Positions 38,927-47,980 are shown, counted from the first letter of the stretch. The stretch: 64,000 nucleotides of DNA from a bacterium (GCA_050951765.1 JBMNJR010000003.1:195148-259147), one strand, 5' to 3'. Notes: a model not told the origin generated them from the letters alone. A program made the numbers and translations.

Positions 38927-40312
38927 TTACTCTGTTTCCTCCGGCAACACCTGAAAACTTGCGAGTTCCGCCTTTACACCTGATTCCATTGGCATCTTGG
39001 CCGCATAAAAACTATAACGTAAAATCAACTCTGCAATTTTTTCTACTTCCCCTAACTGAATTAACGGCAACAGCAGCGGTTCAGTAGTAATATCAGCCAC
39101 ATAAACTCTATCCTCCTTATCCAACACTAAATCTAAACCTAATTCTCCATAAATATGGTTGGGCTTTGCGTCTAAATGCCGGGCAACATCTAAAGCTGCA
39201 TTTTTTAGCTTCGCCAATAACAATTCGTGCCTATCGGGAAATAGTTGTACTAACAATTTATCAGCTCTATCCATGCCCCATCCGTACATCTGTGCACCGG
39301 CTTGAGCCTCGGGAAAGACTGTCATACTTAATGCGGCAGCAACCTGCCATTGACCCTTTTCATCTTTGTGTAAATATACCGAAAAGGTTACCGGCATCCC
39401 GTTCTTAGTAATCCCTGCAACCCCTGCTTGGGCCAGATAAGGAGTGTCTCCTGTAACTTCCGCCAAAAATCCTGCTAAAGCGGACTGGTTTATAAGTCTC
39501 TCTTTTAGTGCAAATAATCGCTCCAAATCATATTGGCAATGATACTTACCATCATCTCTTACAGATAAGAGGCAATTTCCCCTGCTGCCGTTCACAGGCT
39601 TTAATACTACTGAGGAATAATCTTGTAACAGTTCCGCCACATTGTCTGCAGAAACCGGAAACCTAATTGCAGGCAATACAGCCTCCAGATCATGGCAGCC
39701 GGCCAAATGCTGATATAATTCTACCCTGTTCCCTTGACCCTGATAATCACAAATGGTTATTCTCCCCTTACTGTTTGTGGCCAATCTAAGCAAACGAGCA
39801 TAGGCTTCCTGTTGTTCATCCTCGGCTAATAAAGCAAATCTGCTTTTGATCACATCGGGCAATGGCAGTAAAATAGGTTCCCATTTTTCTTCTTTGCTTC
39901 CAGTGGAACGATAACCATAGGTGAGCCCTTGCTGCCAATCAATACCATCTGGAGCAAAAATAAAAGCTAAAATTCCCAACTCCCTTGCTTTATTCATAAT
40001 CGCCCGGTAATACGTCAATTCATCTTGCAGCTGTTCTTTTAACCGGCCGAGAAAAAAGCCCACTAATGGCCCAATCCGCAATTGCCCATTGGGAGACAAA
40101 TATACATTTGCCTTGCCCCAGGCAATTTTTGTTGCTTTAGGGTCATTCCCCTGGCCAATGGCAATTGTGCAACCCTTTCCCGCCAATTGAGCTACTTGTG
40201 CCGTAAAATTCCCCGACCCCAAGCCGATCACAATCTTTTCCCCTGGCCTTAATCCCAAGCAGCTCAAAAGTTCCTCACTCACATAAACCTTATTTCCCCT
40301 AGGTGCGTTCAC
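38927..40312 (-). CDS. YheC/YheD family ATP-grasp protein (YheD-like long form)
   Basis: 461-aa ORF with an N-terminal extension plus the YheC/D-type ATP-grasp core. The C-terminal part has the conserved ELGLDLVLDKEDRVYVADITTEP block. Confidence 0.7.
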   Translation of the reverse strand: MNAPRGNKVYVSEELLSCLGLRPGEKIVIGLGSGNFTAQVAQLAGKGCTIAIGQGNDPKATKIAWGKANVYLSPNGQLRIGPLVGFFLGRLKEQLQDELTYYRAIMNKARELGILAFIFAPDGIDWQQGLTYGYRSTGSKEEKWEPILLPLPDVIKSRFALLAEDEQQEAYARLLRLATNSKGRITICDYQGQGNRVELYQHLAGCHDLEAVLPAIRFPVSADNVAELLQDYSSVVLKPVNGSRGNCLLSVRDDGKYHCQYDLERLFALKERLINQSALAGFLAEVTGDTPYLAQAGVAGITKNGMPVTFSVYLHKDEKGQWQVAAALSMTVFPEAQAGAQMYGWGMDRADKLLVQLFPDRHELLLAKLKNAALDVARHLDAKPNHIYGELGLDLVLDKEDRVYVADITTEPLLLPLIQLGEVEKIAELILRYSFYAAKMPMESGVKAELASFQVLPEETE

Positions 40313-40459
40313 CGCTTCCCCTACCCCCTTTCCAATCTATCACCTGCAACAATTCTATGTCCAAAGCAGGAAAAAGGTGACTTTACCACGGTTTAACAGT
40401 TACCCTGCTTATGCATACATATAAAGTATAAATCAACTCCATATTGGCCAAGGAGGCAT

Positions 40460-41557
40460 ATGCAAATGGATATTGGCATTCTCTTACCGTTCCCGGTGGA
40501 TCAAATGGACCCGAAAAATTCCCTTTATCTGAAAAGATTAGCGGAAATCGCACACCTCCGCGGAATTCGTTGCCTGCTATTTACCTTAGAGGATACGGAC
40601 CTGGAACAAAACCAAGTTCATGCCCACACCTTAGCACCAACTGGAGAGTCGACTTTTCACTATAATGGTCCTTATTCTTTACCCCCGGTTATCTACAACC
40701 GGCTTGATACCAACTATTTAGCCACCCCCGAAGCCAGGGCTGTGTTTGAACACTTTGTCCGCCATCTTTACCTGCAACGGCCTCAAATTAAAATCTTCAA
40801 TCTCCATCACATTAACAAATATGAGTTTTACCGGCTATTCTCTCATATTAAGGAACTAAATCGATATTTACCTGACACCCAAATCTATGATCCCCAAGCA
40901 CTGTCCCTCTTTTTGGAAAAACACAAATCCATATTACTGAAGCCTTTTAACCTTTCCCTTGGAAAAGGTATTTGTCAAATCAATAAGGAAAACGGCAGTT
41001 TACTGATTAAATTCCGGGTTAACAAGCAACTCTATCACGGTCATAGTCCGGATCTCGCTACCCTGCTTAAGTTTCTGCCGCAGGTAATGTTGCAAGACCA
41101 GTACCTGATGCAGGAGCGAGTTGATTTAGCCACACTGGACGATAATCCGATCTTTTTCCGGGTCCATCTGTTTAAAAAACAAAAAGCTGCCTGGCGAATA
41201 TCTGCAATAAGCGGTAGAGTAGGCAATAAACATGATTACCTGGTTACATATACCGCAGGAGCAGTATTTATGGAGTATCGCACTCTCTTACAACAAGTTT
41301 TTGGTGCAAATGCCAAAAAAGTCGAAGCTGAAATAATAATTGCCAACTTATTGGCCGCTCAAATCCTTGATGCAGAAAGTCCCTACCTCCTGGGTGAATT
41401 GGGTGCAGATATAGCAGTTGCCAAAAACGGAGAGGTCAAAATTATTGAGATAAACTATAAGCCCGGTTGGAGCCAGTATGACGACACCATTGCCATCCAA
41501 ACCCAAATATGCCACCACTTCTTAGATTTTTGTACCTCATTGCCGGACTCAGAATAA
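40460..41557 (+). CDS. YheC/YheD family ATP-grasp protein
   Basis: 365-aa ORF with AAGGAGG upstream. It is clearly paralogous to 41573-42667 (shared QIKIFNLH..KYEFY, KP.NLSLG.GICQ, GELGADIAV...KIIEINYKPGWS). Confidence 0.75.
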   Translation: MQMDIGILLPFPVDQMDPKNSLYLKRLAEIAHLRGIRCLLFTLEDTDLEQNQVHAHTLAPTGESTFHYNGPYSLPPVIYNRLDTNYLATPEARAVFEHFVRHLYLQRPQIKIFNLHHINKYEFYRLFSHIKELNRYLPDTQIYDPQALSLFLEKHKSILLKPFNLSLGKGICQINKENGSLLIKFRVNKQLYHGHSPDLATLLKFLPQVMLQDQYLMQERVDLATLDDNPIFFRVHLFKKQKAAWRISAISGRVGNKHDYLVTYTAGAVFMEYRTLLQQVFGANAKKVEAEIIIANLLAAQILDAESPYLLGELGADIAVAKNGEVKIIEINYKPGWSQYDDTIAIQTQICHHFLDFCTSLPDSE

Positions 41558-41572
41558 GGGAAGGTGTAAAAA

Positions 41573-42667
41573 ATGAACATCGGCGTTTTGCTGCGCCAAC
41601 CTATTGAAAAAATGGGCACCCTTGAAGGCACCCCCTGGAAACGATTGGCCACAGTAGCTCTAGAATCAGGCCACTGCTGCCACTTTTTCACGCTCAACGA
41701 TATAGATATAGAAAACAAATTGGTTTTCGCCAGTAAAATTCGCCCTGCCAATGAACTTTGCTGGCAGACTAGATTAAACCCTATTCCCACAATTATATAC
41801 AATCAATTGGACTGCAACAGCCTACCGACACCGGCCGCACAAGCATGCTTTGCAAAATTTGTCCACTTCCTTTTCCGGGAACAACCGCAGATAAAGATTT
41901 TTAATTTGCACCAGCTCGACAAATATCAAGCTTACCAAACAATTGCCAAATATAAAAGCTTGTGCGGTTATCTCCCCGCAACCCAGCTCTATGACCAAGA
42001 GACCTTGCTTAAATTCATCAAAAAATATAAAAACATCTATATCAAACCGCTAAATCTTTCTCTCGGCCAAGGTATCTGTCAAGTTATGACCACTACAGAA
42101 GGATATGCGGTCAAGTTTCGTCTCAAAGGCAAACTCTGCTTGGGCCAGGCAAAAACATTAGCAACACTCTTATCCTTTCTGCCCAAAATAATGACAGGGG
42201 AGCAATATCTGGTTCAAGAAACCATTGACCTTGCTACGGTAAATGGTGATCTTCCTTTTCTTTTTCGGGTGCACCTTTTTAAAAACCAACAAGGTAATTG
42301 GTCAGTTGCTGCCATAATTGGTAGGGTCGGAACCGGCAAACATGATTATCTCATTAGTCCTCGCTTCGGCGGTTATTTACAAGAACATCGCGAACTCTTG
42401 GCGCAAGCCTTTAATACCAAGGCTGCAAAGATTATGGAAAAAATCGTTAGCGTTAATTTAGCTATTGCTCCGGTTTTAGAACAAGAAAGCCCTTATCTGT
42501 TAGGCGAACTGGGTACGGATACATTAGTGGATAAATATCAACAGGTAAAAATCCTGGAAATAAACTACAAACCCAATTGGAGCTTGTTTAATGATTTCCC
42601 CCACATCCAAACAAAACTCTCCCAGAGTTTTCTCTCCTTTTGTAGCTATCTGCATGTTATGCAATGA
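41573..42667 (+). CDS. YheC/YheD family ATP-grasp protein
   Basis: 364-aa ORF, a tandem paralogue of the preceding gene with the same conserved blocks. Confidence 0.75.
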   Translation: MNIGVLLRQPIEKMGTLEGTPWKRLATVALESGHCCHFFTLNDIDIENKLVFASKIRPANELCWQTRLNPIPTIIYNQLDCNSLPTPAAQACFAKFVHFLFREQPQIKIFNLHQLDKYQAYQTIAKYKSLCGYLPATQLYDQETLLKFIKKYKNIYIKPLNLSLGQGICQVMTTTEGYAVKFRLKGKLCLGQAKTLATLLSFLPKIMTGEQYLVQETIDLATVNGDLPFLFRVHLFKNQQGNWSVAAIIGRVGTGKHDYLISPRFGGYLQEHRELLAQAFNTKAAKIMEKIVSVNLAIAPVLEQESPYLLGELGTDTLVDKYQQVKILEINYKPNWSLFNDFPHIQTKLSQSFLSFCSYLHVMQ

Positions 42668-42722
42668 GCCATAGAAAAAGGGGCCCCAACTTTGGGGACC
42701 CTTTTTTTGACTTTTCCCGTTG

Positions 42723-43337
42723 TTATTGCAGAAGCGGTAACTGCGGTGGGAAAAGGTTTTCCGGTGGGCAAACAAACTCCTGCGGGAAGGCTTCACAAGG
42801 AGATACCGGGCAGAAGCCAAATGTCGGTACAAGCAACTTCACAGTGGCTTCCACTTGGATGATCTTACAGAGTTTTTTCAAGATCCGGATTACTGCCGGT
42901 GTTTCGGTAGAACCAGGATCAATAATCAATACTGGCTCACAGAAAGTATCTACTATTTCACAGACCGGTGTTGTTCCTTCAGGTGCAAATAAGGTTACGG
43001 AAGCAAAATTAGCCGGTTGTTCAAAGGTAGTGCTGCCAACTACTTGGCCCGCTGCATTTACTACTGTTACCGTACCGCTAACAAATTGCGCCACATCGAT
43101 TGTGCGGAAGCCTTCCGGATCAGGATCCCGCAAGGGGAACAATACCTCACAAACAGCACTGGTTACTTCACAACCAATAGCATCAGTGGGAAGTAATGCC
43201 CGCCCAAGATCCACTTCCACAGTATCAGGGAGTTCCTCCAGCCGGAAACACTGATCATAGACTTTCTCTACCCGGATACAGTCAATTTGTAACGGGGTAC
43301 CTGGCTGGATTTGTTGAATTTCAGCCATGGTTTTCAC
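42723..43337 (-). CDS. Cys-rich hypothetical protein (possible spore coat/exosporium component)
   Basis: 204-aa ORF with a GTG start after AAGGAG. It has 11 Cys, including VEKVYDQC and LCKIIQVEATVKLLVPTFGFCPVSPC. No family confidently recognised. The role is guessed from neighbours only. Confidence 0.5.
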   Translation of the reverse strand: MKTMAEIQQIQPGTPLQIDCIRVEKVYDQCFRLEELPDTVEVDLGRALLPTDAIGCEVTSAVCEVLFPLRDPDPEGFRTIDVAQFVSGTVTVVNAAGQVVGSTTFEQPANFASVTLFAPEGTTPVCEIVDTFCEPVLIIDPGSTETPAVIRILKKLCKIIQVEATVKLLVPTFGFCPVSPCEAFPQEFVCPPENLFPPQLPLLQ

Positions 43338-43790
43338 TCCTTTCTCTTTATCGAGGCGGAATATGCCTCGTTCTTTTCAATGGGTGCCGTGTGTTAACGT
43401 TCTTGTTTTTAATAATCATTTGTCAGCCCCATATCTACTTTCAGTATATGACGGTCAATGACAGTGGTGCATGTTGAAAAAATATTTCTGCAGCCTTCCC
43501 AACATTCATAAAGCCAATACTTCCCAGGCTCCTTTATTTTTAGCAGCGGGGCAGTTCCCTGTACCTTATCAGAGCCAAAGCTTGTCCTGTTAATTTTCTT
43601 GCCTATTCTCCTACCTTGTCTAGCCTGTCCAAAATTGTCTATAATTCTAAATAGGCGTAGGTATTGAATAATGGCAACTGCAACGCCAACGTTCTTTCAC
43701 AACAGAATCGAGTCACAAATTTGACTACCCAGTGACTAAGCAAGACCGGGCTTTGTCCTTTGCTAGTGACTGGAAAAAAGGAGGCACATC

Positions 43791-44510
43791 ATGTCCAAGT
43801 TTAAGCAAGTAATGTTCTTGACTCTGGTTACCTTAATCGTGCTGACGGTGATGGCCCCTGCTAGCGCCCTAGCTGCAGGCAAGTGGGTTTCGGCAAGCGA
43901 TCTTTGGGATTGGAGCGGCAGTGCACCCACAGATCCCAAACCGCCGGTTGATCCCAAGCCACCGGTTGACCCGGATCCGGTTCCAAATCCGCAACCAAAT
44001 CCTCCATCTGGTGGAAACTTTAAGAAAGTCGGTGACTTGATGAACCCGCCGGCACCAAAACCATCAGATCCTAAACCGTCAGATCCTGGTCAATTACCTC
44101 CCCTACCCAGAGGTTTAACCAGTGAAGAACAGCAAATGATCAACGCCGTAAATCAGGAAAGAATTGCTGCCGGATTACAACCTCTTACCGTTGATATGGA
44201 GTTGGTGCGGTTAGCCCGGATGAAAGCTGAAGACGTTGCCGAATATAATTATAGTGGCCACAATTCACCGACCTATGGTTCACCATCTTATATGGCAAGA
44301 CAAGCAGGATACAAATTTACCCGCCTTGGGGAAACAATTGTCAAGGCAGGTTCAACTACCCACGGACATCGGCTGTTAATGAACAGTACAGCTCACCGGA
44401 ACATTTTACTGAGCCCAAACTATAGCAAAATCGGTACCGGTGTGGCTCACTATAATGGACGAAATAACATCCAGACAGGTATAGCTGCAGTACATTTATT
44501 GGCCAGCTAA
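43791..44510 (+). CDS. secreted CAP/SCP domain protein (YkwD-like) with Pro-rich linker
   Basis: 239-aa ORF with a signal peptide, DPKPPV and PKPSDP repeats, and a C-terminal CAP domain (NQERIAAGL...GHNSPTYGS...HRNILLSPNYSKIG). Confidence 0.8.
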   Translation: MSKFKQVMFLTLVTLIVLTVMAPASALAAGKWVSASDLWDWSGSAPTDPKPPVDPKPPVDPDPVPNPQPNPPSGGNFKKVGDLMNPPAPKPSDPKPSDPGQLPPLPRGLTSEEQQMINAVNQERIAAGLQPLTVDMELVRLARMKAEDVAEYNYSGHNSPTYGSPSYMARQAGYKFTRLGETIVKAGSTTHGHRLLMNSTAHRNILLSPNYSKIGTGVAHYNGRNNIQTGIAAVHLLAS

Positions 44511-44552
44511 TAGATCTTGATCGACTGACTGGACCTTAATCTTTTTTTGCCC

Positions 44553-44590
44553 AGCCTTAGCTTGCTTATGGCAAAGCTAAGGCTTTTTTA
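44553..44590 (+). terminator. Rho-independent terminator after the CAP-domain gene
   Basis: An 11-bp stem AGCCTTAGCTT/AAGCTAAGGCT is followed by TTTTTTAT. Confidence 0.8.
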
Positions 44591-44755
44591 TATTTTATAG
44601 AATATTTAATTGCTCCCTACTATACTTCCACCGCTATCTTCCGCTTGGCATAGTTCAAGTTTCCTATATTTGTCCCCTTATGGCCATGACCTGCATAATA
44701 TATTGCAGGCTGAATAGGTAATAAGCTATTGACCAGAAAAAGGAGGGAAGCAAGT

Positions 44756-44848
44756 ATGAAAGCAAAACCCAAAAAAATGGAGCAACTCGGTAAAAAGGTT
44801 AATCAAAAAAAAGTCAGTGAATTAACCCCTAAAAAACGCAGCAAGTGA
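44756..44848 (+). CDS. candidate 30-aa lysine-rich mini-protein
   Basis: AAAAAGGAGGGAAG precedes ATG 44756. Hand translation is MKAKPKKMEQLGKKVNQKKVSELTPKKRSK*. A separate terminator follows at 44970-45000. No homology recognised. Confidence 0.3.
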   Translation: MKAKPKKMEQLGKKVNQKKVSELTPKKRSK

Positions 44849-44969
44849 AGACCCAATAAGCCTGACAGTATGTTGGGTAAAGATATTCCAGGTTTTCCGG
44901 GCAAACGCAAATAGAACTTCTTTGGCCTGAAAAACTACCCTTACCCAAGGGAATTCATATATTACCAAT

Positions 44970-45000
44970 GGGGAAAACCATGTTTTCCCCACCCTTTATT
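44970..45000 (+). terminator. Rho-independent terminator
   Basis: GGGGAAAAC-CAT-GTTTTCCCC (44970-44990) is followed by ACCCTTTATT. Confidence 0.6.
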
Positions 45001-45127
45001 ACAGAAAAAATCATGCACAATCTTATTTCTCAATTGCATAATATGTAAGGGCTGCATCAGTCAACCTTAACAAAGCTCAGAGCAAATAATTCTATTAAGA
45101 ACATAATTAGGAAAGGAGTGAAATTAT

Positions 45128-46150
45128 ATGCACCAAAAAACAATCGCCAGCGGCGAAAAATATTTTACTGGATATTACCAAATTCCTGCGCCGTATGGAA
45201 GTCAAATTATTGACTGGCAAATTGATAATTTTCATATGTACGCGTCACTTCTCAACCAACAGGAAGTTATTGTTTATGGGTCTTTTTCATTAATACTCTG
45301 CTATTCCCGTTCTGCTGTTGACCTTACGGAAAAAATATATGAAGTTTCGACAACCAGCCACAGCATCGTAGAAACAATCCGCTTTAACTGGCAACTGCAA
45401 AAAAGTATTAGTGCCTTTGATTATAAAATAAAAACAGACCCCCATAGCTTCACCCTTTGGCGCTGCGACATCGAACCGATCCCGGAAAAAAATTATAATC
45501 CTTATAGTATTCAAGGGTTAGCCAATTTAATAAATCCCCAACCCTCCACATTTAATGTAACTGTGAAAGGTCCACTGAAAATAGTACTATACATAGAAGA
45601 TACCCTGCCGATTGCCGAATCAAAGCAACCATCATCTGAAGCGGAAACATTTAATAGCCATAAATTAAAACAGCTATTCCAAGAAGCATGGGCAGCGCAA
45701 GAAGATAATTTGATCGAAAGACTGAAAGCTTATTGGGAGGAGGTATTAAATATGCAGGAAGAAAAGCTGACGCAAAAGTTCTCCCCGCTAATTTCTGAAA
45801 ACACTACTGCCCATACCGCAACCAATAAAAAACAAGCAAAAGAAAAACCAAAACAACAATCCGCAACAAGTACCCAACCGAAAAATAAACCGCCTGCCCA
45901 GCATTATTCTTTTCTTCCCAAGCACAGCAGTCACGCCTCACATGATTTACCTGGCAAACAACATCCAATCGCTTCGGAACAAAGGGCAATAAATTCCAAA
46001 CAAGACCAATCTGCAAAAATAAAACCTAAAAACCAATCTGCCGCAACAATCCCAAAGGAGCAACCGATCAAAAGCATTGGGCTAACAGGGAAAAAGTGGC
46101 CCGACTTATCAAGACTGCAACCGCCGCCAAAGCCCTCCGGCTCCGGGTGA
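45128..46150 (+). CDS. hypothetical protein with low-complexity K/Q/P/S-rich C-terminal half
   Basis: 340-aa ORF after GGAAAGGAG. The N-terminal roughly 160 aa show a distant resemblance to the N-terminus of ORF 46330-47076. No family recognised. Confidence 0.55.
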   Translation: MHQKTIASGEKYFTGYYQIPAPYGSQIIDWQIDNFHMYASLLNQQEVIVYGSFSLILCYSRSAVDLTEKIYEVSTTSHSIVETIRFNWQLQKSISAFDYKIKTDPHSFTLWRCDIEPIPEKNYNPYSIQGLANLINPQPSTFNVTVKGPLKIVLYIEDTLPIAESKQPSSEAETFNSHKLKQLFQEAWAAQEDNLIERLKAYWEEVLNMQEEKLTQKFSPLISENTTAHTATNKKQAKEKPKQQSATSTQPKNKPPAQHYSFLPKHSSHASHDLPGKQHPIASEQRAINSKQDQSAKIKPKNQSAATIPKEQPIKSIGLTGKKWPDLSRLQPPPKPSGSG

Positions 46151-46329
46151 GGTGCAAACATAGCGCCTGACAGTTTGTCAGGCCTGCTCAATCTTTTGAG
46201 CATGACAAATATGCAAAAATCCAAGCTGCCCATGTCTAAACAAGATTCAACTCATCCAACTTATTTCCCGTCTAAACCGCAAAAATAAATAAACTCACAA
46301 TGTAAAACCTATAGGGAGGTGGCAAAGTA

Positions 46330-47076
46330 ATGACCAAAATTCACCTCCTCCAGGCCACAAACCCTTTTACTCATAATCTTATTGTAGCTACCGAGCCATA
46401 TCCGCAAAAAGTGACCGCCTCCATTATTGACAGCAGTCTTCACCCACAGATCCTGGATGAAGGTAGTGTTTTAATACAGGGCAAATATGATTTGCTGATA
46501 GAATACAGTACCCCGAATAAGGATAAACAGGTGATCCGTAAGGTTCAATCAATTACAGAGAAAGTCCCAATTGAAGTAATTCCTGACCTGCCGCACCTGA
46601 TGGGAAAATTAAACCCCGGCGAACGATGGAATTTGACCGCTGCCATTACAAATCCGAATATTGTGTTGGAACCGATTTGCCCTAAAGGAGCAATAATCAC
46701 CGACGAAGGTATCCGTAGTCTCTGTCTTATTCCCCAAGCAATCTCCCTGGAAATCACAGGGGAAATTACCATTGACGGTTGGCTGGAAAAACAAGCTGCT
46801 CTGCCAACTGTTGAACATGCAGGCCGGACAGCGCAGGAAACAGATAAAGCTGACAACCTGCTTTCTGCGCGTGCCAATTATGATTTAGAAGAACCAAAAG
46901 CAGGGCAACAAAAACTACAGCAAACAACCGCATCAAAATCGCAGTACTATTGGGGGCACAGCCTTTACCCCGCCAGCAAAATTTCTATCTGCACCCGCAG
47001 AAAGCAAAACCTAGTAAGGGATCTGGAGCAGTATAAAAAAAGAAAAACCAAAATAAAGCCAACAGTACCAAGATAA
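46330..47076 (+). CDS. hypothetical protein, distant paralogue of 45128-46150
   Basis: 248-aa ORF after TAGGGAGGTG. It shares the pattern P-Y-x-Q...I-D...V-x-x-G-x-x-x-L-x-I-x-Y-S with the preceding gene. Confidence 0.55.
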   Translation: MTKIHLLQATNPFTHNLIVATEPYPQKVTASIIDSSLHPQILDEGSVLIQGKYDLLIEYSTPNKDKQVIRKVQSITEKVPIEVIPDLPHLMGKLNPGERWNLTAAITNPNIVLEPICPKGAIITDEGIRSLCLIPQAISLEITGEITIDGWLEKQAALPTVEHAGRTAQETDKADNLLSARANYDLEEPKAGQQKLQQTTASKSQYYWGHSLYPASKISICTRRKQNLVRDLEQYKKRKTKIKPTVPR

Positions 47077-47221
47077 CAATGATTTTTCTCTGTCAACATA
47101 TATTCTAGCACACTGTTTTATCCCAAACTGCATATTATGAAAGCAAACACTAGCTACCAAAAGTTTCTCCCCAAGTTGCTGGAATAAATTTACAGATAGA
47201 AAATAAAGGGGGTACGCAAAT

Positions 47222-47314
47222 ATGGGCAAGAAAACGGAAAAAAAGGTTAAAGACATTCTTTGGTTGAGTGGTAGTATACCAGAAAAGAAAGCTGCAAAGA
47301 AAAGCAAAAAATAA
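47222..47314 (+). CDS. candidate 30-aa lysine-rich mini-protein
   Basis: AAAGGGGG precedes ATG 47222. Hand translation is MGKKTEKKVKDILWLSGSIPEKKAAKKSKK*. It has the same length and composition class as 44756-44848. Confidence 0.3.
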   Translation: MGKKTEKKVKDILWLSGSIPEKKAAKKSKK

Positions 47315-47375
47315 ATATTAAAGCTCGATTTAGATAAATTTGTACACCATTTGGGGGAAGGAGGTAAGCAAAATA

Positions 47376-47792
47376 ATGATCGAAGAAGTAGGTCCGGCTA
47401 AACTAATTTACGCAGCAGATGAAGAACCAATACAACATCATCGTTTGCCAAGAGAAGTAGGTCCGGCTAAACTGCGCTATGCCCCGGATGATGATGAAAT
47501 AAAACAAGGAGATATAAGTCCAACCAATGAGCAAACTCCTGACAAGCTAACTAAGGCTATGACAACAGATAAACCGGAAACAAAGGCAACCGACACCGGT
47601 AGAAAAAAACCTACCCCTTACTATACCATCAGAAGCAAAGCTAAAGTAAAGAAAGGAAGGGATATTATGGCAAAAAAAGTAATGTTAAAGGTTGAAGACC
47701 TCTTACGGGCAGGGCGGAGTCACTTTGAAATACCTAAGTCGCAACAAGAAGCGATGAAAGCACAAAAAAAGGCCGGTAAAAAACGCTGGTGA
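47376..47792 (+). CDS. hypothetical protein with duplicated EVGPAKL-x-YA-x-D motif and basic C-terminus
   Basis: The start is set at ATG 47376, after GGAAGGAGG. A 20-nt perfect repeat GAAGTAGGTCCGGCTAAACT occurs at 47385 and 47454 (69-nt spacing). No family recognised. Confidence 0.55.
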   Translation: MIEEVGPAKLIYAADEEPIQHHRLPREVGPAKLRYAPDDDEIKQGDISPTNEQTPDKLTKAMTTDKPETKATDTGRKKPTPYYTIRSKAKVKKGRDIMAKKVMLKVEDLLRAGRSHFEIPKSQQEAMKAQKKAGKKRW

Positions 47793-47843
47793 GGGTAGGC
47801 AGTCTATTCCCGAACCAGGATTCGGTTCGCAGCTTTGAAAAAC

Positions 47844-47880
47844 GGGGAACTGAGACAATAAGTTCCCCCTTATTCTTGTC
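47844..47880 (+). terminator. Rho-independent terminator
   Basis: GGGGAACT (47844-47851) pairs with AGTTCCCC (47861-47868) and is followed by CTTATTCTT. Confidence 0.6.
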
Positions 47881-47980
47881 CTTTAACCTCGGCCAACAAT
47901 CCGGTAACCGGTGCCAAAAAGTTTGGGCAGTACGATTAGTTGTAGACGGCGGCGCCCTGGAATACCTTAACTAAGATACG

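Noticed and set aside
44690-44701. CATAATATA, read as a SigK-type -10 element (CATA---TA) upstream of the first mini-ORF.
   Set aside because: The motif is short and common in AT-rich spacers, and I could not place a matching -35 element with confidence. It is not reported as a feature.
47841-47857. ACGGGGAACTGAGACAA resembles the right repeat plus flank (ACGGGCAACTGAGACTA, 24660-24676) at 15 of 17 positions.
   Set aside because: At 47.8 kb the sequence is simply the 5' arm and loop of an ordinary terminator hairpin. There is no second copy of the 1.76-kb element or of its ends there, so this is probably coincidence or a common hairpin word.
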